A stretch of 64,000 nt of DNA from Paragordius varius (lineage: Eukaryota; Animalia; Nematomorpha). The DNA is taken from positions 5,084,001 to 5,148,000 of the forward strand of contig OZ176056.1 in assembly GCA_964247055.1 (NCBI GenBank), given 5' to 3'. Both the position numbers and the translations under genes were made by a program. This document shows positions 1 to 11,968 of the stretch, one piece after another (within the stretch, counting starts at the first letter, position 1; each line of letters starts with the position of its first letter). Under the pieces are notes generated by a model. That model made no database searches, had not been told where the DNA came from, and saw nothing but the letters and a program-made list of their open reading frames with translations.

Positions 1-499
1 AAGGCATTTAACAAAATAGATTTTGAATAGTCGAAATAATTTTTTAATGATTTTCATTTGCGTTCCTCACACAAACGCCTTATTCGGCATTGTCACGATT
101 TTCCAATATGTTTATTCCTAATAAATATTTTTACTTTATAATTTAAATTTTAGTTTATATTTTAATTTTATTTTTTCGTTTGACAAAGATTACTTGTAGT
201 AATCGAAATATTATATTATAATAAATTATATAATTTTTGCTGATTGATTCCATATATAAAAATACTATACATTTTATAGGTAGAATATTTTTCGCTAAAA
301 AATTTAAAAGATTTATTTCATTGGAAAATTAGCATCCACAACATCTTGTTTTTTTTCAAATTTGGTAAAAAAAACATTTTTTTTCTTATAATTACACCGT
401 GTACGACCCTTGATAAATACTTTCTGTTGTTTCCACTTACACAATTTATTAACCATATGCTAATCTTTTTTTTTCTTTTAATTCGCTATTTTTTATTTG

Positions 500-2257
500 C
501 TATACATTTGTTGTGTTTACTCTATATATACTTTGAATATCCATTTCCTCAATTGCGTTTTCTGATAAACTCTCATTCGAGTCCATATGAGAATCCGTCA
601 TTGGCGACAACCATTTGTTATCATCGATTTTTTGTTCTAAATAGTCGTTTTGTTGTTGACTTGGTTTGCCATGAGGGCAATTTGCTGATGATATCCGTGC
701 AGTACGTCCAGACCTGTGTATAAATTTTTCAATGTCACTCGGTGGATCATAGTGAATGACCCAATCAATGTCTTTGATGTCGATACCGCGTGCCATAACA
801 TCCGTAGATATCATGACTAATCTTTTACTGTTAGCATCTTCTAATGAGGATGATGTGGTAGTTTTATTCAGTAATTTTCTTCTTTTGCTTTTAGAAAAAT
901 TCAGTGGTTTGATACGCGTCGAAATAGTTTCATCAACTATGTTTTGGAATTTGGATATGGTTTTGCTTCTTTGATGTGTGCGTAGTTTGCGATGAAGGCA
1001 TAAAAGACATGTCCGCGAGAGCCAAGTTAAATACCGTTTTTGTGAAGATACACTCGTTTTAGCGGTAAAGAAAGATATTAAATCCTGTAAATAAAGTTTT
1101 AAAGTCGTAGTAATATATTGTGCTAGATAATGATTATTCACGAAAATCAAAATTTTGTTAGCCATATATAATGGACTCATTTCATTTCCTTGCGGTGGTG
1201 AAAAAAGTAGATGACTCAACAATAAAAGTTTATCCGTGTATGCAACAGTGTGATACCAAAAATTTAAAGATGATGGAATATTGGAGTTGTTATTTGGTTT
1301 TTCTAAAATATATTACTATGTTTACAACCTGTTAATGTTTGGTATCTTTCTTTAACAACTATCGAAACTGGATTACGGAGACCAGTTTGAATTAAAATAT
1401 CTAGTTTGTCATTCTAATTGGGAAAATACAGAGTTATTATAAAACAGAAAACAAATTTAAATTTTGGATAAAAATACAAATCGTTTTTAAATCTTTAATA
1501 TGGCAAACGAAATCTAAAATTTATAATACCAAAGTAGCTGAAAATAAACAAGTCCTCCTTTGTTTTGGTAAATAATTTATAATAGATTGTATTGTAGGCA
1601 TAAAACCAAAATCCAAAAGTTTATCGCCTTCATCCAAAACCAAATATTCCAAATGTTGGAATATTAAATTATTAAATGTCACTGACAGGCTCTTTTCAAA
1701 TTTGTCTGCCTGGTTATCAATATTTTGATTATTTTTTGAACTAAATTTCATTGTAGATTCTTTAGCTTCCAGCATATAATGCAATCGACCTGGTGTGCAT
1801 ACAAGTATGTTAGCCCCATTTTCATAAAAATATTTTAAATCCGATTGCAAACTTTTAGTACCACCTCCAGTAAAAAGAGCCAATTTTATTGGGCATAAAG
1901 AAAAATTATTCACAGAGTTTATCAAAGCCTTTAAAACTAAATATATTTGATTGGACAAATCTCGCGTGGGACTTATAATAACAGCTTTTATCTAAAAATA
2001 ACTTAAATTATACCTGGTGAATTTCTAAGTTTAAGCTTATTAATTTATGAAGCAATGGAACAACGAAAGACAAAGTTTTTCCACTACCAGTAATGGATTC
2101 AACACAGACATCTTTATTCGCTAAAAACAATGGTATAGTAGAATACTAAAATATTTTTAAAATCAACTTGCACAGGTGTGGGATGTGTATATCCATGACT
2201 TTTTAAAGTGTCGCATAGGTTTTTATTGGATAATATATAATCCCACGATTGGGGCAT
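500..2257 (-). CDS. DDX55: DEAD-box RNA helicase, DDX55/SPB4-like; spliced, 3' end unresolved (probably continues left of 500)
   Basis: Hand-spliced exons 2257-2168, 2145-2014, 1991-1530, 1413-1329, 1302-521 give a continuous frame: Q motif GYTHPTPVQ, motif [10 protein letters not shown], Ia ISPTRDL, Ib TPGRL, II LDEGD, III FSATL, then [16 protein letters not shown] (DDX55-like RAGLRNP), [25 protein letters not shown] introns of 22, 22, 116 and 26 nt. A further donor at 520 has an ambiguous acceptor. Confidence 0.9.
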
Positions 2258-5200
2258 GAAACTAACCAAAGAAAGTAAAAAATTCTGTTACGACAATTAA
2301 TAAAATTTTATGGCCAAATGATTATGGTTTTTTGACACAAAGAATATAATAATATTTGGATGCAAAATTGCATCAATATAATTTCTAGATGTATCTGTGC
2401 TGCGACGATTTTGATAATTGCAGTTTTTAAAATAGTTAATTTATTAATTGAAAGTATAGTTGCTATATAACTTTAACATAAAAAAACCTACGTTAATTTA
2501 TATAATTTTTTACATTTCTATGTTGAGAGAATAATAAAAAACACTTCATGACCTTTGGGGTAGTTTTTTGTCCAATTCTATCAAAAGAATATTTTTGTAA
2601 AATAATTCGGCATTAACGAATTTTGTGAAACGCCTTTTTAGCCTTTTGGGCCTATAATACAAAATTATTTATTAAAAAAAATTTATTGCTGAAATCATTT
2701 TTTACCCCGACATTTATTCTCTCAGAATAGATAAATTTGTATTATGGTTAGAAAATTTAGAAATTAACTTTTTCTAATATGCTTATTTTAAGCTAATCCA
2801 ATTTTAGATAAAGTTAAAAAACTGTAAAAAATGTTTGTTCATACAGGATAAGACGGTATGATAAGCACAAAATTAACAATTATAGGTTGCGTTAAACTAT
2901 GGGGTAGAACATTATCCCATGTCTAGCTTAAAAACAAATAAAGAAGTGTTAAAAAATTTAGAAATAATATATATATAAGAAATAATATTTAAAATACTTT
3001 CATGATGTCCATAAGTCAAATTTTTTTAATATTCTTATTGATAAACTCAAAATGGACGTGATTGCGCGATTAAAATAGTAATGCTAAAATTTGATAACTA
3101 AAAATATTTTAAGAAATAGACGCTTTTAATATAATTTTAAAATTTCTGCCTGGGATGAAAACTCTTTGAGATATTATAAAAATGTTTTTTTATTTTATTT
3201 TAGCACTTTTCTGCTTAAGCATTTTGAAAAATTCGTTGTTTTCATGTTTTGGTTGGCTAAAGTAATTATACATAGTTTTTATTTAACATAAATTTGGAGC
3301 CTGAATATATAATTTAAAATTCTGCAGTAACATAAATGTTAAGGATGAGTCTAGATAGACTATTTGATACAAGGTGTTTTATATTGTTTTTACAATGCCT
3401 CAAAAGATCATGTAGTGGATTTTAACAAATTAAAAATATGAATTAGAAAAGTATTCAGTTTAAAAAATATTTTTAGTTGATATAAAAATTAATATTATTT
3501 TTTTCGCACAATGACTGCATTTTTGTGAATTTAACTCTTGGAAGCAACACATTGCATTTAGGTGCTCCGATTCAAATCGGGATCTTTGGATATCTATTCC
3601 TGTTTAAAATAACATTTTCAAAAATATGGAGCTAATGATAACCATTTCAGTTTGCACTTATACTTTGATGCTATGAAAAAAGATCGACAAACCTGTACTT
3701 ATTTTTTGGATAATTTTCTTAATCAAAATCACATGTTTTGGCTTAATATAAAAATTATGCAAATGGAATATGAATAATAAATTAGCTTTAATTTTTACGT
3801 TACAATCATAGATGATGTTTTGCTAAAATAAAAATGGTTTATATATGGAACTTGTTTATCATAATTAAATTTAATATAAATATTTTTGCTTATATATATT
3901 ATTTATATGGGATAAACGCATTAATTTAAACTGTTTCGTTTAAAAGTTATTTAATATTTTATTAAATATAATTTAAGGATTTTAGTAACCCCAATGTCAA
4001 TCAAAGATGTTTAGAAAACTGGCCCATTTTAAGAGCACAAATTTGTTAGAGCCTGTATTTGAAAAAATATTATTATTTTTCTTTTTTGTGTAATTTAATT
4101 GATTTTGGTGATATTTTTTGGAATGAGGCAATTAGCTTTCACCAAATATTTTTCAAAATATATCAAATTGTGCCATTTCCGCACTTACACAAATGTTAAC
4201 TTTCTTAAATTCATTGTAGGGGCCAAAATCAAAAGCAGCATTATAACTCTAGGCATTCTCCGATCGGTACATATATTTCATCATTTTTTGGACATTGTGT
4301 TACAAAACACTTTTCTAATATTAAAGATACACTGAACATTTTTATCAGCTTAGAATTTTGATTAAAATATTCAGTCTTCAAATATATGTTAAAAAGTGTT
4401 TCATAAAATGTATTCATAATATGAAAGCAAACGAATCTTTAAAATTCCAAGGTTATGGAAAGGGGCTTATACTATATCTTACATTATTTTTTTCTTCCGT
4501 GCTTCAAAATACCATTAAACCCACTTCACCCATTTTGCTATAATTAAATTTTTAATAGAATTACCATTATTTCGGAAAAAAACTTTTGCATTTTTAAAAT
4601 TATCGTGCAATCTTCTTATCATAGAACTTGCACATTTTAGATAAGTTCAAAAATTTGACACTAATAGCGTTTATATGTGAACTTTATTCTTTTATTAGCT
4701 CATAATATATATAGTTCAGAGATAGTTTTTGGAGTGTATTGAGTGTTCACTAAAAACGTTTTATATAATGTGCGCACATCGTCATCTGATATGGAAAATT
4801 ACCACAAAAATGGTAATATCCTTATATCCTTTGTAAGGCCTAACCAAAAGCACCAGTATCCTCCTGATAATTTAACATAATATATATTTCATCATATATG
4901 GAAACTGTATAAATGTATCCATAAGACACAGTGTATTTTTTTGATTGACTATCACTTGTGCAAACTATTATGTGCTAATTGCTCCATATAAGAAAATCTT
5001 TTTTTCTCAAAATCATGCCTTATTCCAGAAAAAATTATATCATACACTGCATTAGCCATGCCATATTTAATTTAAGTTTTTAGATGTGTCCAGCAAATTT
5101 GACCCCTATAATATGGGCTAGTTGATAATTTTATATACAGGTTTAATTTATATATCATAAAATTTATTTGAGGAAAACGTAAAGTCTGATTTTTAATTTT

Positions 5201-7469
5201 TAGAAATCATTTGTTGAATCCTTTTTTATGGTATTGAGAAAAGAAGAACAACCCATTTAAAAATTAAAGGCACTCTCTAAGTGCATAATGCAATGAGGCT
5301 TTTATACCTTAGATTTGTATCGAATTAAATTTTTTCTTCAAATATGACTAGGTTATGGTGAAGCTTTCTACACCTGCTATTTTTTATTAAATAATTGTCT
5401 TATGGTGGTTTTGTTGGTTATGAATATAAAAAATTTGTACCTTTAGGTAATTGATCGATATCGTTATCCTCAAATTAGCACACATTTATCTTAATATTTG
5501 GGTAATCTAGATGTTTTATTCCAAAAAATATTATTAAAGTATATGATATCCTATAAGTGAAAAGCAAAATAATAATTATAAAATTTTGATTTTAGAAGGC
5601 TCCGAAAACATCGAATTATACCCTCCTCTAAAATGGACTAATTTTTTAAAAAATATACAAATTCCATTTCATAACAAAAAAATTAATATATTCTACAAAA
5701 ATGGAAAAATGCCAATTATTAAACATTTTTATCTAATGAGATGAAATTCAGATGACTGGAATGAAGAAATATTGAAAATTTGCTCAAAAAACTATCTTTT
5801 TGCAAATGTTGATAAAGATTTCTTCATGCTTTTTTGAAGGAATCAGTATCAAAAGGCTTTAAGATATAAAACCATTCTCATATATATATCCGTGAACAAA
5901 TTTCCTTAAAGTATAACTATTTTTCTTCAACTGTGTGGCTGAAAATCAAAAACTAAAATACTTAAATCATGATAATTTGTGTGCACTGTATCATCAAACG
6001 ATTACCTCGCCATTTTAGCGATTTTTAACTATATACCACTATAACTTGAATTAGGTTGATTGGTTACTTCTTATTGTCAGTCGCAAGAAAATAAATAGTC
6101 CCTTTCATTTTGGTTGAAAATATGCAAAAATCCTTAATATATTAGGATTTAATCAAGGTTGAGAAAATAGATTTATTTATATTATTACAGTGGATATTGT
6201 TGGATTCGATGTAGTTTTTGAGAAAACGTGTAAGCTAAATTTAATAAATATTTTGAGCGATTCGTAAAAGCATAGGACATTCAAGTCATTTTTAAAATTC
6301 GTTTCGAATTTCTTGTAAAGTTTTCGCAAAAAACAATCAATCACGTTTTAAATTTTGTTCTCATGAAAAGTCATGTTTATGGTATATAATATAAATGATA
6401 ATATTAATTATGTGGCGTACCGCTTAGTTTAGCCCCGCCCATATGAAAATAGCTTTCATAAGCAAATAGATTTATCTTTTCTATAACATCTTTTTGAATA
6501 TATATCAGGCATATAAATTAGGTTTCCGAATTGGTAACAATCTACTATTTTGTGTGAATTAAAATAATAAAAACAAATTACTATATTTAAATTTTATTTA
6601 GTATTATTGTAAATGAAATGTATGTGTAATATTTGAGTTTAGTTTAATGATGACCTATTTTTTAATAATGGGTATTATATTTTTAATCAAATATTTGTTA
6701 AGAAATTAATATTAATAGTATATAAGAAAAATCAACAAAAAATTTTTCAACCAATGAACATTTCAAGCAAACGCAATACATATAATTTAATGGCACTTTA
6801 TTTCATTTTATAACAATTATATTAAGTATTAATTTATTTTTAAATTAATGATTCATTTGATTTTTAGCATTTTATTATTTTTATTATTTGGTAGCTGTGA
6901 ATTGTTTTTTAAGCATTTTCATTATGACCCTTGAAATATTCAAAATTTTATATTCTTCTTTCAAAATCAATTTTATTATTTCTAATAAATAATTTTCAGA
7001 TATTTGAGTTTATTTATATGCATGTGTCAAATAAAAAATTTATGCCCGAAGATCAATTTACTATTAAATAATGATAAAAATAACAATAATCATGATTCAT
7101 GGTTAAAATCAACTAATCATTACAATGAAAAATGAGTAATTTTTTATAAATTATCATCATATTTTAAAAAATATGCCTTTGAATGAAAAAATGTTGCATT
7201 TATTGGATAAAGTGTTGCTATTGACAAAAAATAACTTTTTTGAAATAAACATTAACTGAGTTTTTGGAAGTTTTAGTGTCAAAATTATAATAAGTATTAA
7301 CTTTCAATAAAACATTATGAATAATCGGTTTTTAAAATAAAACAATTATTTTGGATGAAATAGCTAAAAATCAATTTTTATTTCATTTGAAACCCTAAGG
7401 GTCGATGATAATATAATTTGATCAAATATAATTATTTTATCACATTTGGATGAATTAGTAATTTTTCAT

Positions 7470-7492
7470 CATAAATTAATTAACCTTTAATT
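7470..7492 (+). promoter_or_regulatory. Conserved upstream motif of the peptide family (CATAAATTAATTAACCTTTAATT)
   Basis: Identical 23-mer upstream of copy B (19916-19938, minus) and near-identical upstream of copy C (25423-25442), about 70-100 nt before the start codon (in C, after removing the MITE), while neighbouring sequence differs. Function is inferred. Confidence 0.45.
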
Positions 7493-7571
7493 GTACTAGT
7501 TAAATTTTTTTATCATTAATAAATTTAAAAACATATAACAATCCCTCTAATCGGGTTTTCAGAATTTCAAG

Positions 7572-8078
7572 ATGCTATTGAAATTGTTATCAATTCTTTC
7601 CGTTTTATTAGCTGCATTGATACTTAATGTCCAATCCCAATATCCACAACAACCAAGACGTAATCATATAATTTTCTGTAACTTTAAAAATTGAATGCCA
7701 TGGTCTGCACTAATATTCATATACAGTATTCACATTAATGTTGACCAATTCATATTATTGGACCAATTGGTAATAAAAGAGCGTAAGATATAAAACAATT
7801 TTATTTAAATTATGGCCAGATAGTCAAAAATAATGTGAATTGTCCAACATAAATGGGTAATGTGTATTAAAATAATTAGGAATATTTTAACATTTATAAC
7901 AACTTATTATTTTGTCTATAGCTGTGAATTGTCCTAGACATTTAGTGCCTTGCATCTGGCCATGCTACAAGCAATACCAACCTGGAAACCCTTGCCCGGA
8001 ATGCAAATGCTGTAAAATATTTTTATTACATTTTTATTTTCGTATTATAACACTATAGCGCAAAGAATGTTAGAATAG
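7572..8078 (+). CDS. Secreted cysteine-rich peptide, antistasin-like 6-Cys motif, copy A (65 aa)
   Basis: Exons 7572-7659, 7922-8011, 8059-8078 (GT-AG, phase 1/1): MLLKLLSILSVLLAALILNVQS-QYPQQPRPVNCPRHLVPCIWPCYKQYQPGNPCPECKCSQRMLE*. Hydrophobic signal peptide; C-x6-C-x3-C-x9-C-x2-C-x-C. The paralog at 19.5-19.8 kb has the same exon sizes (88 and 90 nt). Exon 3 is less certain. Confidence 0.8.
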
Positions 8079-8689
8079 ATATTGTTTTGGCAAGATCGCA
8101 TAAAAAGATGCAATAGTTTCTAGCCAAAATCAAAAAATTGAATACTCGATCATAATTGTATCTTATATGCAATCTACAAAATTAAAACAAAGTTCGTCAT
8201 ATTATGGTCTCATAGAAACATTTTTATGAGTTATTAAATGCTTCTTTAAAATAAACGCAAAAGATCCGAAGTTTAATAACATTTATTAAGTGTTTCTTGG
8301 TTTATTGTATCATACAGCAGATAATTTTTTTGTATATTTTTTTGGAATTGAGCATTATCTTTTTGCGAGAAAATTCAATTTCTCGTTATAGAGCATTTAT
8401 TATAAATGTCCTTCTTAACTATCTGTTAGAAAATCACCTCCAGTCGGATATATTTTATAGCAGAATATATATTTTGATTGGATATTTTGTGTTATTTATA
8501 TGGTTTAAACATTAATGTAATGTAAGAAGTATGATTGATAACAAAAGGGCATTAGTATCTCAGATTTTTTGTAATCAGTGGTTTTTTGCTATTCTTACTG
8601 CTCTGTAGTAGCCAATTCTCTTAAAAATTTTTTATATTAGAGTAAAGTTCTAAAATTATTAAATTTATTAATGATGCAACATATGGAAT

Positions 8690-8790
8690 TTATTTAATAT
8701 GTACCAAAGTCTATCACTGGTTAGTGAGCAATCAAAGTCCTTATCATGAAAAATCATATATCATTAGATGATATATTATATATATGCACT
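8690..8790 (+). repeat. Interspersed repeat family B, partial copy
   Basis: GTACCAAAGTCTATCACTGGTTAGT matches 10930-10955 and the reverse complement of 18445-18470. Confidence 0.55.
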
Positions 8791-9299
8791 CTTTTACTGT
8801 GATTATTAAAATATTTTTTGTATTAAACAATATTCTTCCTTATACTGACTGCTCTGATGCATGATCAATATCTAAAAATATTTTTGGTTAACTTGTTAGT
8901 CTCCTCTTTCAGAGTTAAAAATTCATTAAAATTTAAATATGTAACATTACGTCATGGTAACTTTCTACCCATTACCAATATACATTTGGCCCGAATTCAT
9001 TAAAGCAAGCTTAAGCTATTCTTTTGTCATTTTCGATTCTTTCAATCAAATTATCCGGAAACATTTACTGTGTTTCTTGGTTTTCCGAATCTCGTGGACA
9101 TACCGTTATTTTCATGTGTTGCACATAATATCTCTCCTAATCCTCGTTTATTTTGAATCGGGTCGTCATCCAATAACTCTCTTTTTGTCTGCGCAGTTTG
9201 CGTTATACAACTCATCTCTTTTACATTAAAATTACATAATCTAAATATTTGAAACCATGCTTAACATGTTTTAGTCAATGAAGCATGTTCAACTATTTT

Positions 9300-10425
9300 T
9301 ACCAGCAAACGATGACTCTCAAGCTTTTTAAATGAGAAAACAAAGCGTGGCACAGATGTTCTTATTCAAGAAATTCGATATTATATATATATTGAGATAA
9401 AAATAACAGGCTTTTTCAGACGTGTATGTTTTTGTCGTTTGATCTCAGACAAACAAAATAGGGTTTATGTTAATTTAATCCTGTGAATAAATAAAAATCT
9501 TTCCAAAATGATCAGTGTTATTTCTGATTGCTACAGTGATCTGAGCCTTGGTTCATTGAATTACAACTACCCAAGATACTTAAAGATTCCGTAACATTCT
9601 TTATATTTATAGTTTAGCATTAAATTACAATCGCATTTAATATCGAAAACCTGCATCGATAAAAACAATTTATTAAATTGGGTGAGAGGCTAAAAACTGG
9701 AAGCAAAAACAAAAATTATAAAGCAAGGGTCTGAAAAACATTGATATGCTATCACGGCAAATGCCAAAAATTCAAAATTTTAGGAGGGATCACATGCATA
9801 ATCTTTAAGCAACTTGGTAAAAATCTTTCATTGCTAAAGGAAGAAGTAAAATGTGTAAAAATCTGACATTGGAAAAGTAGAGGCAAAAATTCACTCTGAG
9901 ATTAAAGACATATTCAATGTAAATCCTCCCTGGTATCCAAAATTATATTTCGGAAAAAATGCCTGTAGATAGGAATACAATTTACCGACCCAAAAAAGAA
10001 AATTTCGGAATATATATTACAAGACAATATCTCTAACAAATCAAATTAATATCTTGTTAAAAATTCAAAAAATCCTATATTTATTTTAGCATATATATAT
10101 ATATATATATATCACTTACTCTGGCTAGACTTTAAAAAGTAGAAGGAATTGGTGAAATAATAGCCATTGTAAGATGGATGATGGAAAAACCCACATATTT
10201 TAATAAGTAGATTCATATGTGCCTTGACTTTTCCAAAACATTTGACTTCCAACACAACAATCAATTTTTATTCTTAAAACAGCTAAGAGAGTCAATGTTT
10301 TTAATTAATTTTCTTAAATCAAATTCGACAGCTCTAGTTTCTAAAAATCACGGGACAACTCGCTCATGAATGGTGAATGTGGGTTTCAGGGCTGCGTTCT
10401 CCTATTTGGAATAGTATATATCTTG
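9300..10425 (+). mobile_element. Degraded RTE-clade LINE (end of endonuclease plus reverse transcriptase)
   Basis: Broken frames give IYRPKKENF..YKTISLTNQINILLKI, EIIAIVRWMMEK, MCLDFSKTFD and a GxxQGCVLS-like remnant, matching RTE RT motifs; many stops and frameshifts. Confidence 0.65.
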
Positions 10426-10759
10426 ATGCCTAGTGATAAGCTGGCTAATCCAACATTTTCTTATAAAAAATATTATCTAATCTAATGTATTACAAATAAA
10501 CCTGTAAAGTTGCCAACTCTTCAGTAACTTAACGGCACTTTATATAGTTAAACTACATCATAAATTAATACTAAACGATAATTATTGCGCCCCGAATTTG
10601 AACGTAAATAAGACCAAAACCGCCACAATTAATTACTCGGACTTCCCATTATGTTAGTAAACAATCCGGTATGCCAATGCAACTATTCACAATCAATCTA
10701 AGACTAATTTTAAAAACATGTAATTTCAAACGTGCCTTGATCGATATTAAAAAAGTATT

Positions 10760-11010
10760 TTTAGTTTCATTTTTTTCTTTTTTTTGTAAAATTTCAATAT
10801 ATTTTCTGCCGATTTTGTATACTGGTCTCTAGCAGTCAAATTAAAGTGTTTATTAGGTTGATTGTTTTTAATCATAAATATTACTCGATTATTTTAATTA
10901 ATGACATTAATAATTTTATTTATTATTTAGTACCAAAGTTTGTCACCGGTTAGTAATGGATCGAATGCCCACATGAAATCAATGAAATCACATTAGATTA
11001 ATATCATCTT
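10760..11010 (+). repeat. Interspersed repeat family B
   Basis: About 250 bp colinear with the reverse complement of 18380-18620 (TACTGGTCTCTAGC, TTTAGTACCAAAGTTT, GGTTAGTAAT anchors). Confidence 0.65.
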
Positions 11011-11968
11011 TAACATAAATAAATTGTGTATTAAGTAATGTATTATATCCAATATAGCTCTAATACGTTTGGCGATTATCAGATAACTCTAGTTATGTTT
11101 GGGTAACCTATAGGTAATCCCATCAACCTTAATGTTTTTAAAAAAGCATAAACTAATACTTGAACATCTATAAACATCATGTGGTAATTTTCCCCTTATA
11201 TTTTAAATTCAAAAAATACATGTTGGCCATAGTAAAAATGCCTTAATTACCCTTCTAAGCCTGATTTATATGGGTGAAATTAAAATTGTATATATATATA
11301 TATATATATTCAGCCCTGTATTTCGGCTATTAAATAATAAATATAATTATTTCAAAAGATTTATACCTAATCTGTAATATTAGATGTTCATCGAGTTTTG
11401 CTATGCCAACCGACTGATACTGTTAAAAAATGTGGTAAAAAATTCTAACAAAAACAATAAACAGATATTTTATTTGTTTGGTACAAAATCACAAATTATA
11501 TATGTTAATGAAGATATAAGTATCATATGCAGAAAATAAAATTTATTCTTTCTATTATATTTAATTAATTTATTCTAGATGATTTTATTTTATTTTAAGG
11601 TAAAATTGGTTATCGCATATTATTAAATGTTTACCCTAAAATTATTTTTCAAATAATATCTATCGGGTGAAAACGACATTATTTAAAGAAGATGATTCAG
11701 CTTTTAAACAAAATATCTGATTGATAAACAACGTCAAACAAAATCTAAAAGTAGTTGTTATCAACATTTTTTATTAGTGTGATTGTTTTTGATTGTAAAA
11801 ATTTCGTTTAGGGAAACATAGTAATACCATAAAAGTGGAATTAACTTTTTTTAAATAACAACAGAAACAAGTAACAAGTAAAGGGTGTAGCTTAGGAAAA
11901 TTGTAGGATTCCGGTTGTCACGGCATTCCTTTCACAGTGGGCAGATACATCGGAGGTTTTATTTAATG

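Noticed and set aside
460-520. Possible 21-nt fifth intron of DDX55
   Set aside because: Three alternative AG acceptors (500, 486, 460) are possible and I cannot choose among them; not counted as a micro-intron.
346-974. Plus-strand ORFs 346-723 and 756-974
   Set aside because: Antisense shadows of the helicase; the same applies to ORFs 40841-41341, 42184-42435, 42580-42903, 42948-43136, 47491-47679 and 53103-53348.
1514-1529. Possible 16-nt intron GTATTATAAATTTTAG in DDX55
   Set aside because: Using that acceptor leads to a stop within nine codons; the acceptor at 1414 (116-nt intron) restores the conserved LIQTGLRNP frame.
4100-5900. GC-richer stretch with broken Cys-containing frames on the minus strand (possible decayed DNA transposon)
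   Set aside because: No termini, TSD or diagnostic motif could be identified; needs tblastx/HMM search.
6884-6910. TAGCTGTGAATTGT matching the exon-2 acceptor of peptide copy A (possible fourth paralog)
   Set aside because: The match ends after about 14 nt with no further Cys codons or signal exon; could be chance.
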